NCBI GenBank assembly: GCA_965228735.1 | Contig: OZ245838.1 | Coordinates: 4,352,001 to 4,416,000, forward strand | Origin: Planctomycetota bacterium | GTDB lineage: Bacteria > Planctomycetota > UBA1135 > UBA2386 | DNA length: 64,000 nt | Reading direction: 5' to 3' | Shown: piece by piece, positions 1-9,841 of the stretch | Layout of the letters: every line of letters starts with the position of its first letter | Position numbering within the stretch: the stretch's first letter is position 1 | Translations under genes and position numbers: made by a program | The notes under the pieces: generated by a model | Database searches by the model: none | Seen by the model: only the letters and a program-made list of their open reading frames with translations | Told to the model about the DNA's origin: nothing

Positions 1-155
1 CGGTGCAGGCCCGCCTCGAATGGCTACGCAGCGCCTGCACGAGCGTCGACGCCGCCGCGATCCGCGCCGCGCATCCCGACGACGTGAGCGCGTTCAAGAC
101 CGCCCTGCACGAAGCCCGAGCCCGCGCGCTCCGCAGCGCGGAACCGCGACCGTAA
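1..155 (+). CDS. 3' end of a gene running in from the left edge, possibly the C-terminus of a CCA-adding tRNA nucleotidyltransferase
   Basis: Frame starting at nt 3 reads VQARLEWLRSACTSVDAAAIRAAHPDDVSAFKTALHEARARALRSAEPRP, stop TAA at 153-155, with typical high-GC codon usage. It loosely resembles the helical C-terminus of multifunctional Cca proteins. Confidence 0.4.
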   Translation, partial: VQARLEWLRSACTSVDAAAIRAAHPDDVSAFKTALHEARARALRSAEPRP

Positions 156-165
156 CCCCCGTAAC

Positions 166-259
166 CCCGTACGGTACCTGGTTCATGCTGCCGGCCGCGA
201 GGGCGTTACTCGCGGGTGGCGTTTCGGCGGCCGGCAGCATGAACCAGGTACCGTACGGG
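166..259. repeat. REP-like palindrome, copy 1 (33-bp perfect inverted repeat)
   Basis: 166-198 CCCGTACGGTACCTGGTTCATGCTGCCGGCCGC is the exact reverse complement of 227-259. It lies between convergent stop codons. Confidence 0.9.
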
Positions 260-266
260 CCCCCTG

Positions 267-3236
267 TCACTTCGGGAGTTGGAGGTCGGCCGTCGCCGTT
301 TTGCCGGCCTCGATCTCGACCTCGAGTTCGGGAGTCGAGGCGCGGGATGCGCCCGGGCCCATGCCGACGGACTGGCCGCGGAGCACGTAGCGGCCCGTCG
401 GTAGCGAGTCGATCGTGAACGCGCCGTTCATCGCCATCGTCGGCTGACCTTCTTCGCCGTCGATCGGGCGGTGGAAGACCAGGCCCATGCGCACCGGCTT
501 GCCATCCGCGCCGAGGATGCGGCCGCGCACGCGCCCGGCCTCCTGCAGCACGACCCGGCCGGCGTCGGCCTCCTGGAGCTCACGAACGGCGACCTTCGTG
601 GTGCCCGGCGCGTGGCCATCCTCCGTGAGGCGCACCTCGTACTCGCCGGCCGGCACGTCCTCGATCACGGCCCAACCCTCGCGGTCGGTCTTCACGGTCT
701 GACCGCCGACGGTCATCATCGTGCTGTCCTGACCCATGTCGCCGTCCGACGACACGGTCACCATCATCACGCGCACTTCGCGCCGCTCACCCTGCGCCTC
801 GGCACGCGCGCGCGTCAGTCGCACCTCGACGCCCTCGAGCGCGCGGTTCTGCGACTGGCTCCACGCCTGCACGCGTACGGTGCCGGCGCGCAGAACGAGA
901 TCCTGCCGCAACTCGGGGAGCTCCGGCGGGACGACGACCTCGGTCTCGGCCTTCACGAACTGGCCCGGCTTGCCGTAGCTCAGTTCGTACGTGCCGCGCT
1001 CGACGTCGGTGAACTCGAACACCCCGTTCGCGTCCGCCGTCACCGACCGGCCGCCGGCGAGCCCCATCGGCACACCGCCGGGCATCGTCGCTGCCGCGCC
1101 GCCCTTCTCGAGTTCGACCACCGCGCCGGCGATCGGTCCCGTCGCCCCGCTCACGACGCCGTGCACGCGGGTCAGCAGCGGCCGCTGAATGTTCACGACC
1201 GCCGTCTTCCCGGCCTCGACGCGGAACGTCTGCTCCGACCCCGCGATCCCCTGCGGACCGTCACCGGAGAACGAGATCATCGCGCCGCCGATGTTCTGAC
1301 CGCCGGGAGCGCGCACGAGCTCGGCCACGTAGTTGCCCGGCGCGAGCGGACCGACGACCGCCTTGCCCTCGCGATCCGTGCGCCCCGTCGACTCGTCCTC
1401 GTCCGGCTGTGCCTTCGGCCCGCGAACACGATAGCGCGCCCGCTCCGTCGCGGTGCCGTCCGTGCCGGTGATTCGCAGCTCGGCGTAGCCGGGCGTCCGC
1501 ACCGTGAGGTCGACGTCGATCGTGCCGTTCTTCACGAGCGCGAGCGTGACCGGCAGCGCCGGCGCGAAGTCCGGATGCTCGGCGTGGAACGCGACCCGCT
1601 CGCCCGGCAGACCCGCGATCACGGCGACGCCGTTCTCGTCCGTCTCGCCGGACCCGAGGGGCGCCGAACCGTCGCGAATGAGCACCTCGCCATCCACGTC
1701 CTCGACCTCGCGCGACCGCATCCGCAGCCCCATCCCCTCCTGGGCCGCCGGCGGTTCCTGCACCTTGATCTCGGCGCCGGCCACGGGCTCGCCGTCCTCG
1801 TTGCGCACGACGACGGTCGCGACCGCGCCGCGTTCGGCGACGAGATCGACGCCGGTGAGCTGCTGCGCGGGCGCCACCGCGATGCCCGACTTCTTCGCCG
1901 GCAGGTGGCCGTCGCCCGACGCGCTCAACGTGATCGCGCCGGGCGGCACGCCCTCGACCGTGAACGAGCCGTCCGCGGCCGTGCGCGTGCGCGCCATGCG
2001 ACCCTCGATCAGGCCATCGATGCCGTGCGACGCGAGCATCGAGTCCGTCGGCCCCGCCATCGCGCGGATTCGACTGCCGCCGATCGGCTTCCCGTCCTGA
2101 CCGCGCAGAACGCCCGAGATCGACGCCAGCCGCTCGACGCGCAGCAGCAGATCGCTCGTGCCGACCTCGACGTCGGCCGCGACCGCGGTGCCGTAGCCCG
2201 CGCCGGTCGCGCGCACCGTCGTGCGCTCGCCTTCGATGCCGGACAACGTGAAGAACCCGCGCGCGTCCGTCGTCGCCGCCTCGTCGTTGGTGAAGCGCTC
2301 GACCTCGATGCCGCCGCGCTGCTCGATGCGCTTCGCGCCGACCTGCATGCCTTCGACCGGCCGCCCGCGATCGTCGACGACCTGACCCGCGATCGCGGCA
2401 CCGACCGCGACCGTGAGCACGACGTCGCGCATCTTGACACCCTCCTGCACCGTCACTTCCTGCCGCGCCGGCAGGTGCTTCGCGGATGCCGTTCGCAGCG
2501 TCCACTTGCCCGACCGCAGTCGGCCGACGACGAACTCACCCTTCTCGTTGGTCCGACTCATGCTCATGTCGCCCAACGCCAACACCCCACGGACGGCCGA
2601 GACGCCGACATCGGCGACGGGGACACCGTGTTCGTCCTGCACGACACCCGTGATCGACGCGCTGCGCTCGACCACGACATCGCCGATGTCCTGATCACCG
2701 CGGAAGCCGTGCACGAGGTGGTGCTGGCTCGCCATCACGTACTCGCTCTGCGGCAACTCGAGCCCGGCGCTCCGATCACGGCCGAGCTCGAACATGAAAC
2801 GCCCGTCCGCGCCGAGCTTCAGCTCGTGGCGCGGCGCGTTCTCGCCGCCGGCTTCTGGCCCGAGGAACTCCGAACGTCCCGGGTTGCGGATCTCGCGCCA
2901 CCGCAGCTGCACGTCCGTGATCGCCGCGCCCGCGCCGTCGACGAGCCGACCCTCGATCCGCGCGCTGCGGTCGTTGGTCTCGGCCGGCGTGTCGACGGCC
3001 GTGCGCTCGGGATCCGAACCCGCGCCAGCGGCCTGGTCGGCCGTGTCGGCGTCCGCGACAGGCGCCTGTGCGATCCCGGCAGGATCGCCGCCGCCGCCGG
3101 CCTTGACCGGCGTCGTGACGTTGCCCCCGGGCGGCGTCGGCCCGGGCTGCGCGTCGTCACCGCGACCGAAGAGGAACCATGCCGCGGTCAGGAGACCCGC
3201 GACGAGGAGAACGAGAACGATGGGTTTGGCGTTCAT
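267..3236 (-). CDS. Membrane-anchored protein with multiple carboxypeptidase-regulatory-like (Ig/transthyretin-like) domains
   Basis: N-terminal TM segment MNAKPIVLVLLVAGLLTAAWFLF followed by repeated 'I.G.V.D..G.PV.G..V ... T...G.F....L..G.Y.L' units. Start moved to ATG 3236. Confidence 0.85.
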   Translation of the reverse strand: MNAKPIVLVLLVAGLLTAAWFLFGRGDDAQPGPTPPGGNVTTPVKAGGGGDPAGIAQAPVADADTADQAAGAGSDPERTAVDTPAETNDRSARIEGRLVDGAGAAITDVQLRWREIRNPGRSEFLGPEAGGENAPRHELKLGADGRFMFELGRDRSAGLELPQSEYVMASQHHLVHGFRGDQDIGDVVVERSASITGVVQDEHGVPVADVGVSAVRGVLALGDMSMSRTNEKGEFVVGRLRSGKWTLRTASAKHLPARQEVTVQEGVKMRDVVLTVAVGAAIAGQVVDDRGRPVEGMQVGAKRIEQRGGIEVERFTNDEAATTDARGFFTLSGIEGERTTVRATGAGYGTAVAADVEVGTSDLLLRVERLASISGVLRGQDGKPIGGSRIRAMAGPTDSMLASHGIDGLIEGRMARTRTAADGSFTVEGVPPGAITLSASGDGHLPAKKSGIAVAPAQQLTGVDLVAERGAVATVVVRNEDGEPVAGAEIKVQEPPAAQEGMGLRMRSREVEDVDGEVLIRDGSAPLGSGETDENGVAVIAGLPGERVAFHAEHPDFAPALPVTLALVKNGTIDVDLTVRTPGYAELRITGTDGTATERARYRVRGPKAQPDEDESTGRTDREGKAVVGPLAPGNYVAELVRAPGGQNIGGAMISFSGDGPQGIAGSEQTFRVEAGKTAVVNIQRPLLTRVHGVVSGATGPIAGAVVELEKGGAAATMPGGVPMGLAGGRSVTADANGVFEFTDVERGTYELSYGKPGQFVKAETEVVVPPELPELRQDLVLRAGTVRVQAWSQSQNRALEGVEVRLTRARAEAQGERREVRVMMVTVSSDGDMGQDSTMMTVGGQTVKTDREGWAVIEDVPAGEYEVRLTEDGHAPGTTKVAVRELQEADAGRVVLQEAGRVRGRILGADGKPVRMGLVFHRPIDGEEGQPTMAMNGAFTIDSLPTGRYVLRGQSVGMGPGASRASTPELEVEIEAGKTATADLQLPK

Positions 3237-3356
3237 GGCGTGGAGTGGCGCCGCCGCAACGAGCGGAGCGCGGCAGAACTTCCGACAGGCTTGCAGCGAC
3301 CGCACGAACCCGGAGACTGCGGAATCCCGCCCGAACCGCCGCCTGGAGACCCCGTC

Positions 3357-4769
3357 ATGCCCACTGTCAGCAACTTCAAGAAGCGCCGCCAGCAGTTCCT
3401 CGCCAGCATCGACTCCCCGGTCCTCCTCATGGCCGGCGGGTGGCTCGCGCGCAACTACCCCGCCAACCCGTTCCCGTTCCGCGCGGACAGCACGTTCTTG
3501 TTCTTTTTCCCCGAACCCGAGGCCAATTCAGCCGCGCTGTTCGACCCGAAGGACAGCTCCGTCACGCTCTTCCTCGACGAGCGCACGGCCGAGGACGCGC
3601 TGTGGCACGGCCCGTTGCCGAGCTTCGACGACATCAAGAAGAAGACCGGGGTGACGGCCGTCGAGAAGCGCGCCGACCTCGCGAAGCTGGTCGGCAAGAA
3701 GTGCGGCAAGCGGCAGGTGCGCGGCGTCGCGATCGCCGACCACAACGCGACGGCCGAGCTCAAGTCGATCACCAAGGAACGGCTCGACTTCCAGAACACC
3801 AAGAAGGTCGGCGACCCCGAACTGCTGCACGCGATCGCCAGGCTGCGCAACGTGCGAACGGCCGCCGAGGTCGCCGAGATGCGCGCGGCCGCCGCGGTGA
3901 CGCGCGAAGCGCACACGCTCGCGATGGCCCGCACGCGCGCGGGCATCACCGAGCAGGAACTCACGGGTCTCGTCCAGGGCACGTTCGCGCTGCACGGCTG
4001 CACCGAGGCGTACATGACGATCCTGTCCGTGCGCGGCGAGGTGCTGCACAACCACGACCACGACAACGTGCTGCACGACACCGACCTCGTGCTGCTCGAC
4101 GCGGGCGCCGAGATGCCGAGCGGTTGGTGCGCCGACGTCACGCGCACGTGGCCGGTGGGCGGGCGCTTCTCGCCCGAGGCCGGCGACATCTACGACATCG
4201 TGCTCGAGGCCGAGAAGCAGGCGATCGCCGCGGTCGAGCCCGGCGCGCGCTACCGCGACCTGCACATGATCAGCAGCCGCGTGATCGCCGACGGCCTCGC
4301 GCAGCTCGGCATCCTGAAGGGCAATGCGGACGATCTCGTCGAGAGCGGCGCGCACGCGCTGTTCTTCCCGCACGGCGTCGGCCACCTGATCGGCATCGAC
4401 GTGCACGACATGGAGGGCTTCGGCGACATCATCCACTACGCGCCCGGTCGCAAGCGAAGCACGCAGTTCGGCACGAGGAACCTCCGCCTCGACATCGATC
4501 TCGAGGCGGGCATGTGCTTCACGATCGAGCCCGGCATCTACTTCGTGCCGGCGATCCTGCGCGACCCCGAGATGCGCAAGCAGTTCAAGGACCAGGTCGA
4601 CTTCAAGAAGTGCGAACCGTTCCTGAAGATGAACGGCCGCGGCTTCGGCGGCGTGCGCATCGAGGACGACGTGATGTGCACGAAGCGCGGCCCGGACGTG
4701 ATCACCGCTGCGGTGCCGAAGGAACGCGCCGCCGTCGAGGCGCTCGTCGGCAGCGCGGGCAGTCTCTGA
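3357..4769 (+). CDS. pepP: Xaa-Pro aminopeptidase (aminopeptidase P, M24B)
   Basis: N-terminal 'FRADSTFLFF' AMP_N motif and metal-ligand motifs 'LLDAG', 'ADVTRTWP', 'HGVGHLIGIDVHD', 'TIEPGIYF', 'GGVRIEDDV'. Confidence 0.92.
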   Translation: MPTVSNFKKRRQQFLASIDSPVLLMAGGWLARNYPANPFPFRADSTFLFFFPEPEANSAALFDPKDSSVTLFLDERTAEDALWHGPLPSFDDIKKKTGVTAVEKRADLAKLVGKKCGKRQVRGVAIADHNATAELKSITKERLDFQNTKKVGDPELLHAIARLRNVRTAAEVAEMRAAAAVTREAHTLAMARTRAGITEQELTGLVQGTFALHGCTEAYMTILSVRGEVLHNHDHDNVLHDTDLVLLDAGAEMPSGWCADVTRTWPVGGRFSPEAGDIYDIVLEAEKQAIAAVEPGARYRDLHMISSRVIADGLAQLGILKGNADDLVESGAHALFFPHGVGHLIGIDVHDMEGFGDIIHYAPGRKRSTQFGTRNLRLDIDLEAGMCFTIEPGIYFVPAILRDPEMRKQFKDQVDFKKCEPFLKMNGRGFGGVRIEDDVMCTKRGPDVITAAVPKERAAVEALVGSAGSL

Positions 4770-6031
4770 TGACCGCACCGCAGCTCGATGCCGACACCGT
4801 CGCGGCGCTTCGCATCGCGGCGCAGGGTCTGCCCGCTCCGCGTGACGCCGGCGTCTCGGACCAGATCGCGACGAGCGGCTACCAGCGCACGCTCGGCGGC
4901 GCGGACGCCTACATCGCGGTGCGTGCCCGCGTGCCCAAGCTCGTTCGAGCGGACCTCGAAGCGCTGATCCAGGAAGGCGAACTCGTCGTCATCCCCGCCG
5001 TGCGCGGCTGCATCTATGTCGTGCCCGCGAGCGAGGCGCCGATGTGCCTGTCGATCGCCGGCAAGCTCACCGAACGACGCGACGAGCGCGACGCCGAGAA
5101 GGCCGGCATCCGCGAGGGTGAGCTCGACGAGGTCAGCGACGCCGTGCACGAAGAACTTCGCGCGGGCGGCCCGCGCACGACGGCCGGCCTGCGCAAGGCG
5201 CTCGGCACCGACCTGATCCGCAGCCTCGGCGATCGCGGCAAGAAGGTCGGCGTGAGTTCGACGCTGCCGCCGGCACTCCGGCGCCTCGAGTTCAGCGGTC
5301 GCATCTCGCGCGTGCCCGTCGACGGGCGGCTCGATCACGAGAAGTACGAGTGGCGCGCCGCGGACGGCGATCCGCTCGGGCGCGCGGAGCTGCCCGAGGA
5401 GCCCGCTCGACTGCACGCGCTGCTGCTCCATGGCTTCGTGCAGCGCGCCGGGGTCACGAACCTCGACGCGTTCTGCGCGTGGTCCGGGCTCACCAAGCGC
5501 GACGCCAAGGCCGCGCTCGCCGCTGCCGGCGACGAGGTCCAGGTCGTCGCTGCCGTTGGCATCGACGGCGACGCCCTCGCGCCGCAGGCCATGGGCGAAC
5601 TGCAGACGCGCGCCAAGAAGAGCGACGACGCGACCGCGTTCCTGCCGTTCGAGGACAACCTGATCCACCTGCACGGGGCGGTCGCCAACTGGATCGCACC
5701 CGAGCACCACGACCTCGAGGTGCCGGCCTGGAGCAACATGCGCGATGCCAAGGACACGACGCGGCTCGGCGACGCCCGCCACGTGCGTTGGCGCAGCATC
5801 CTCTGTGAAGGGAGAATTCGAGGATTCTGGGACTACGACCCCGTAGAGCAGGTCGTTGTGACCGGCATGTTCGATCCACCGTCCAAGACAGGCAGGCAGC
5901 GCGTCGAGACGCTCGCGGGCGAGCTCACGGCGTTCCTCCGTGACGAGATCGGCCACGGCCTGTCGTTCTCCATCGACACCGACGAGTCCCTGACCAGGCG
6001 CTGCCAACTGCTGCGCGACCTCATCGGCTGA
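4769..6031 (+). CDS. AlkZ/YcaQ-family winged-helix DNA glycosylase-like protein
   Basis: ATG overlaps the pepP stop (TGATG). Motifs 'AVRGCIYVV', 'FCAWSGLTKRDA', 'FLPFEDN' and 'GRIRGFW' match the HTH_42 layout. Confidence 0.7.
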   Translation: MTAPQLDADTVAALRIAAQGLPAPRDAGVSDQIATSGYQRTLGGADAYIAVRARVPKLVRADLEALIQEGELVVIPAVRGCIYVVPASEAPMCLSIAGKLTERRDERDAEKAGIREGELDEVSDAVHEELRAGGPRTTAGLRKALGTDLIRSLGDRGKKVGVSSTLPPALRRLEFSGRISRVPVDGRLDHEKYEWRAADGDPLGRAELPEEPARLHALLLHGFVQRAGVTNLDAFCAWSGLTKRDAKAALAAAGDEVQVVAAVGIDGDALAPQAMGELQTRAKKSDDATAFLPFEDNLIHLHGAVANWIAPEHHDLEVPAWSNMRDAKDTTRLGDARHVRWRSILCEGRIRGFWDYDPVEQVVVTGMFDPPSKTGRQRVETLAGELTAFLRDEIGHGLSFSIDTDESLTRRCQLLRDLIG

Positions 6032-6735
6032 TGTTCGACGCACTCAGTAAGGCCATCAACCAGCTGTTCGATCCGCGCATCCTGCGCGTGGTCGGAATCT
6101 CGCTGCTGCTGTCGATCGTGAGCTTCGTGCTCGTGCTGGTCGCGGTCTACTGGGCGCTCGACACGTTCGAGCTGTCGAGCATCGGCTGGCTCGAGGCCAC
6201 GGTCGACTGGCTCGGCATCTTCGCGGCGGTCGTCATCGCGCTGTTCTTGTTCCCGCCGGTCGCGGTCGTCTTCCTCGGCCTCTTCCTCGAGTCGATCGCG
6301 AGAGCCGTTGAAGCCCGCCACTATCCCGAACTCGACAAGGCGCCGGGCGTCTCGTTCACGCAGGGCCTCGTAGCTACGCTGCGGTTCTTCGCGCTGATCG
6401 TCGTCGTCAACATCGCGCTGCTGTTCCTGCTGCTGTTCCCACCCGCGTATCCGATCGGGTATCTGGTCGCGAACGGCTTCCTCATCGCGCGGGAGTATTG
6501 GGACCTCGTCGCACTGCGCCGCATGCAGCCGCGCGAGGCGAAGGCGCTGTTCTCACGTCACACAGCGGAGCTGGTGATGCTCGGGATGGGCACCGCGTTC
6601 TTGCTGACGATCCCGTTCGCCAACTTCATCGCGCCGGTGATTGCGACTGCGGTGATGGTGCACCGGTTTGAGGCGTGGCGGGGGTTGCCGCCGCCGGGGG
6701 CGATTTCGACGGGGCGCGGTGTAACGAGGTCGTGA
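6031..6735 (+). CDS. EI24/CysZ-family integral membrane protein
   Basis: Several TM helices with 'FLESIARAVEARHYP', 'NGFLIAREYWDLVALR' and 'IPFANFIAPV' motifs. Translationally coupled to the previous gene. Confidence 0.85.
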   Translation: MFDALSKAINQLFDPRILRVVGISLLLSIVSFVLVLVAVYWALDTFELSSIGWLEATVDWLGIFAAVVIALFLFPPVAVVFLGLFLESIARAVEARHYPELDKAPGVSFTQGLVATLRFFALIVVVNIALLFLLLFPPAYPIGYLVANGFLIAREYWDLVALRRMQPREAKALFSRHTAELVMLGMGTAFLLTIPFANFIAPVIATAVMVHRFEAWRGLPPPGAISTGRGVTRS

Positions 6736-7107
6736 GCTCGCACCGCGCAATCACTCATCGGTTACTCGAGACACCCCCTCGACGGGACTGTTCCGCGCTC
6801 AGGTCACTTCCGTGGATACAGCAAGTTCTCTTCGCCCACTCGTAAAGCTGCGTCGAACAGATCGCCGGGTTCAAAACGCTCACCAGCGGCGCGTTGCCGC
6901 TCCGCGGCCGTACGGCGCTGAACGCGCTCACGGCGTTCTACATCTGACAGAGCGTCAAACCCGCCGTCCGATCCGCAGAAATCGATGCGAAGCCCGGTCC
7001 TATCCGGTAGATCGACGCCTCGATCTCCGGTCTTGTCGATACCCGTCCTGCTTGGTGTTTGGTGAACCATGGCCATCGCGGCTTGTAAAGAAGTCGGCTT
7101 AGAGGAG

Positions 7108-8565
7108 CTACTGCGCCAAGAGCAATGCTGTCTCGGCGGCAAGCTTGCTTATGTCCGCCGACTTGCTCGTCAAAGCGAGCCGCTCGACGTCCACGGCCAA
7201 CTCTCTTAGCGGACTCCTTTTGAGGGCCGACAGGACGTACCGTTGCGACTCCATGGCGCTCGCATCCGCACTGGAAAGGCACTGCCTGAACAGGCGTATC
7301 GCTTCCCCTCGGTTGTTTGAGTCGACCATTCTGGCTGTATCAACTGCCGAGTAGAACCCCACTTGGAGCGCACTATTGTGCACTGCGGCTGGATCCGCAG
7401 CCACGACTTCAACAAACAGCTTGCGAACCTCGTCAATGGGTTGCGTATTTGCCAACTTCATGAATGCGGTCACCCGCACACCGTCTAACCGCCCATGCTT
7501 CGCAAGCTCCCGGAGAAACGTCACGGCTTGTGGAGACGCTCGCTCGCCGATGACCTCCAGCATCATTCGATGAAACGCATTTGCCTCGGTTGGCTCACTT
7601 GGCCACTCGGTCGCGAGAAGTTCGTCGACCAGATCTAGGCGGGTCAAGTGCGATACCGCATCCGCTTGGCTCGGCGTCCCGTCTACGAGCCGCCTCATCG
7701 CTACCGCCCAAGCGCTCATACTAGAGTTCCAAACTCCGAAACGTTTCACCGTCCCCCGACTAGATTCGTTAAGCTTCGCCAGGAATTGATCTCCAATTCT
7801 CGTTGCACCCGTGGTCACTGCCGCGATCGCGTCCCCTGGATCCGAGAACGAGAACATTGCTTCCATCACTAGTGTGATTCGCGCAATATCCGGCGGCCTC
7901 GCATCGGCCAGAGGAAGGCTCGCTTCGACTATTCCGCCCAGCGCCTGCGAACCCTCTCGCAACAGAAGCTCTCGCAGAAGCGCCCACAGAGCGTCGCCAT
8001 CGAGCCCCGCAATTGCCGCAGCTACGGATGCCTGGCACGAAGCTGCATCGAAACACGGCCACCCTGCAAGTAGGGCTTGGAGAGCGCGGTGGTGCCCAGG
8101 CGGCACGACGGAGCGCACGTATGCATGAACATCTGCGACCAGCGCCGGCCCGGGCTTCTGGTCCTGACGAATCATCGTCGCCACGGGCGCATCAATTGCT
8201 AGATTCGGATCTTCAAGTAGCGCATCTTCCCGAAGTAGCTCCAGCGTGAGTCGGCTGACGGCTTCCAAGCCGAACTGTCCGCTACGAACGCCCTCCGCCA
8301 AGCGCAAGCCTGCCGGACCCGACCGCACGGTGAAGAGCCACTCCTTCAGGAGGTCGCGCAGGACCGGGCTAGCTTTCGGCACCGAGACAACGGACCGGTT
8401 TGGAACCTCCACATCTTCTGCCACACCAACCTCGACGTCGTCACTGTGGCGAGACGCATGGTCCTCGAGCGGACTAACAACGCCCCCTTCGATAAAAAAG
8501 CAAATCACACCGACGCACGCCGTGCCGATGCCCGCCAGCAGGGCCACACGCATTAGCCTTCGCAT
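7108..8565 (-). CDS. Hypothetical membrane-anchored helical (HEAT/ARM-like) protein in the AT-richer islet
   Basis: Start MRRLMRVALLAGIGTACVGVICFF lies 10 nt after the stop of the upstream small gene. Leu/Ala-rich helical body with atypical codon usage. Confidence 0.6.
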   Translation of the reverse strand: MRRLMRVALLAGIGTACVGVICFFIEGGVVSPLEDHASRHSDDVEVGVAEDVEVPNRSVVSVPKASPVLRDLLKEWLFTVRSGPAGLRLAEGVRSGQFGLEAVSRLTLELLREDALLEDPNLAIDAPVATMIRQDQKPGPALVADVHAYVRSVVPPGHHRALQALLAGWPCFDAASCQASVAAAIAGLDGDALWALLRELLLREGSQALGGIVEASLPLADARPPDIARITLVMEAMFSFSDPGDAIAAVTTGATRIGDQFLAKLNESSRGTVKRFGVWNSSMSAWAVAMRRLVDGTPSQADAVSHLTRLDLVDELLATEWPSEPTEANAFHRMMLEVIGERASPQAVTFLRELAKHGRLDGVRVTAFMKLANTQPIDEVRKLFVEVVAADPAAVHNSALQVGFYSAVDTARMVDSNNRGEAIRLFRQCLSSADASAMESQRYVLSALKRSPLRELAVDVERLALTSKSADISKLAAETALLLAQ

Positions 8566-8575
8566 CGCACTCGCG

Positions 8576-9001
8576 CTACTGAGTACAATCAGCGTGTTGG
8601 TTACCGTTGGTGCATGCAAGCGGCGTCGCCTGCGTGAATGCTTGGTCGTTCTGCCATTGCGAAGCAACGCACGCAGCGCCATTGCAGGACCAGGATCGCT
8701 TCTCGCTGAACTTGGTAAACGACTTGCAGCAGGACTCCGGGACCGGTGTACCTGGATTACACTCGAAGATGGCGGGCCACTTGTACTCAGTATACCCACA
8801 CTCGTTGTCGCCGTCGTTATTGCAATCGGTAGTCGGCTGGTCGCTGTAAGTGTAGGCTTTCTCCGTGAGCTTGACCCCGATGTTGCTGCATGGGTCATTC
8901 CCGTGATCTGCAGGGCTCGAATCAAGGAAAAGACTAGCCGAGGCCATTCCAACGATGAGCATCATCGAATAGACGGCGTGGTTGATCGCTGAGGCGGACA
9001 T
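8576..9001 (-). CDS. Small secreted cysteine-rich protein (141 aa, 10 Cys)
   Basis: Clear RBS (GAAGGAG) before ATG 9001, hydrophobic signal MMLIVGMASASLFL, and 10 Cys in the mature part. Confidence 0.75.
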   Translation of the reverse strand: MSASAINHAVYSMMLIVGMASASLFLDSSPADHGNDPCSNIGVKLTEKAYTYSDQPTTDCNNDGDNECGYTEYKWPAIFECNPGTPVPESCCKSFTKFSEKRSWSCNGAACVASQWQNDQAFTQATPLACTNGNQHADCTQ

Positions 9002-9012
9002 GGTTGTGCTCC

Positions 9013-9042
9013 TTCGTTCTTGTTCGTTCTCGTTCGTTCTCG
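9013..9042. repeat. Three 10-bp-period tandem repeats (TTCGTTCT core) directly upstream of an RBS
   Basis: ttcgttct at 9013, 9023 and 9033. Confidence 0.7.
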
Positions 9043-9113
9043 TGGTTTGAACGCCTGGGCCGCCGACCAATTCCAGCGCCTCCAGGCATGGGTTAGGCGT
9101 TTGAGGTAAGAGA

Positions 9114-9123
9114 GGGGGGGGGG
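9114..9123. repeat. G10 homopolymer tract in an intergenic, probably promoter, region
   Basis: agaGGGGGGGGGGtcc between the sigma-like gene and the Cys-rich gene. Confidence 0.8.
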
Positions 9124-9146
9124 TCCTCGATCCGAGGAAAATCCGT

Positions 9147-9671
9147 TCAGCGGCCGCCTTCCCGCTGTCCCAACGTCGTAAGTGCGCGCTGAAACGCTCG
9201 GCGCAGGTTCGAGCGATCCATCCCCAACTCCTTCGCCGCGCGATGCTTCGACATGCCGGGCTCGGCCAGCTTCTCGACGACTCGAGCCTGCACTGGTGTC
9301 AGCTTCTTCCGCATGTGGCGGAAACGACTGCGCAGCTTCTCACGACTCCCCGGCACGCTACCCGACTGCTCGTCAACCGCGAGGCCGGCCTCGGCGTAAG
9401 CCAGGGCTCCGGACCCGACGCGCTTCACATGGTTCACCGCGACGCGAAACGCCCACGCGCTGGCATCCGCCGGCTCGTCGTCTTCGAGGATCCTTCGAAT
9501 CCAGATCGAGCGGGTCGCGTCGACTGCGTCTTCCACGAGCTGCCGCTCGGACGAGACAGAACTCGCCCCGCGTCGAGCCGAACGCTCGACATCGCGAAGT
9601 TGCGTCGTTAGTTGGGGGTCTGACTCGTTCAACAGAACGGGCGAGGGCGAAGGTTTTTCCGAGGCGGGCAA
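9147..9671 (-). CDS. Divergent ECF-type sigma-70 factor-like protein
   Basis: Region 2-like 'VEDAV...AWAFRVAVNHVKR' and region 4 HTH 'KLTPVQARVV...MSKHRAAKELGMDRSNLRRAFQRAL'. Start codon uncertain (TTG). Confidence 0.7.
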   Translation of the reverse strand: MPASEKPSPSPVLLNESDPQLTTQLRDVERSARRGASSVSSERQLVEDAVDATRSIWIRRILEDDEPADASAWAFRVAVNHVKRVGSGALAYAEAGLAVDEQSGSVPGSREKLRSRFRHMRKKLTPVQARVVEKLAEPGMSKHRAAKELGMDRSNLRRAFQRALTTLGQREGGR

Positions 9672-9841
9672 GCATGCCGCGCGGCGACCAAGCGTCTTCC
9701 GAACACCGATCGCGCCACGACTCTCTGATGATTAACGTGCATGCGCGAGGCGATCCGGTCAACCCCCTCGGCTCTCGCCGCCGCGGGCGAGTGCGCTGAC
9801 GACGGGGCGCGAGTATTCCCACTCAGTCGTTCGACGCGCGC

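Noticed and set aside
166..259. Palindromes or 10-bp tandem repeats as a CRISPR array
   Set aside because: No regular repeat-spacer periodicity and no cas genes.
471..3356. Very long ORF-track entries on opposite strands or as N-terminal extensions (e.g. 471-4769, 15738-18833, 30129-32219, 37511-39733, 49928 start)
   Set aside because: These are shadow ORFs caused by high GC3. They overlap genes with clear motifs and have Arg/Ala-rich, motif-free translations.
6740..7105. Small ORFs 6804-7142 and 6812-7102
   Set aside because: No recognisable motifs or RBS. This may be an islet-edge remnant but cannot be supported.
9045..9100. Possible integron attC site (GCCTAAC...GTT on the minus strand), with a similar weak candidate at 6870-6945
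   Set aside because: The partner core is not GTTRRRY, the spacer geometry is wrong, and there is no integrase or cassette array.
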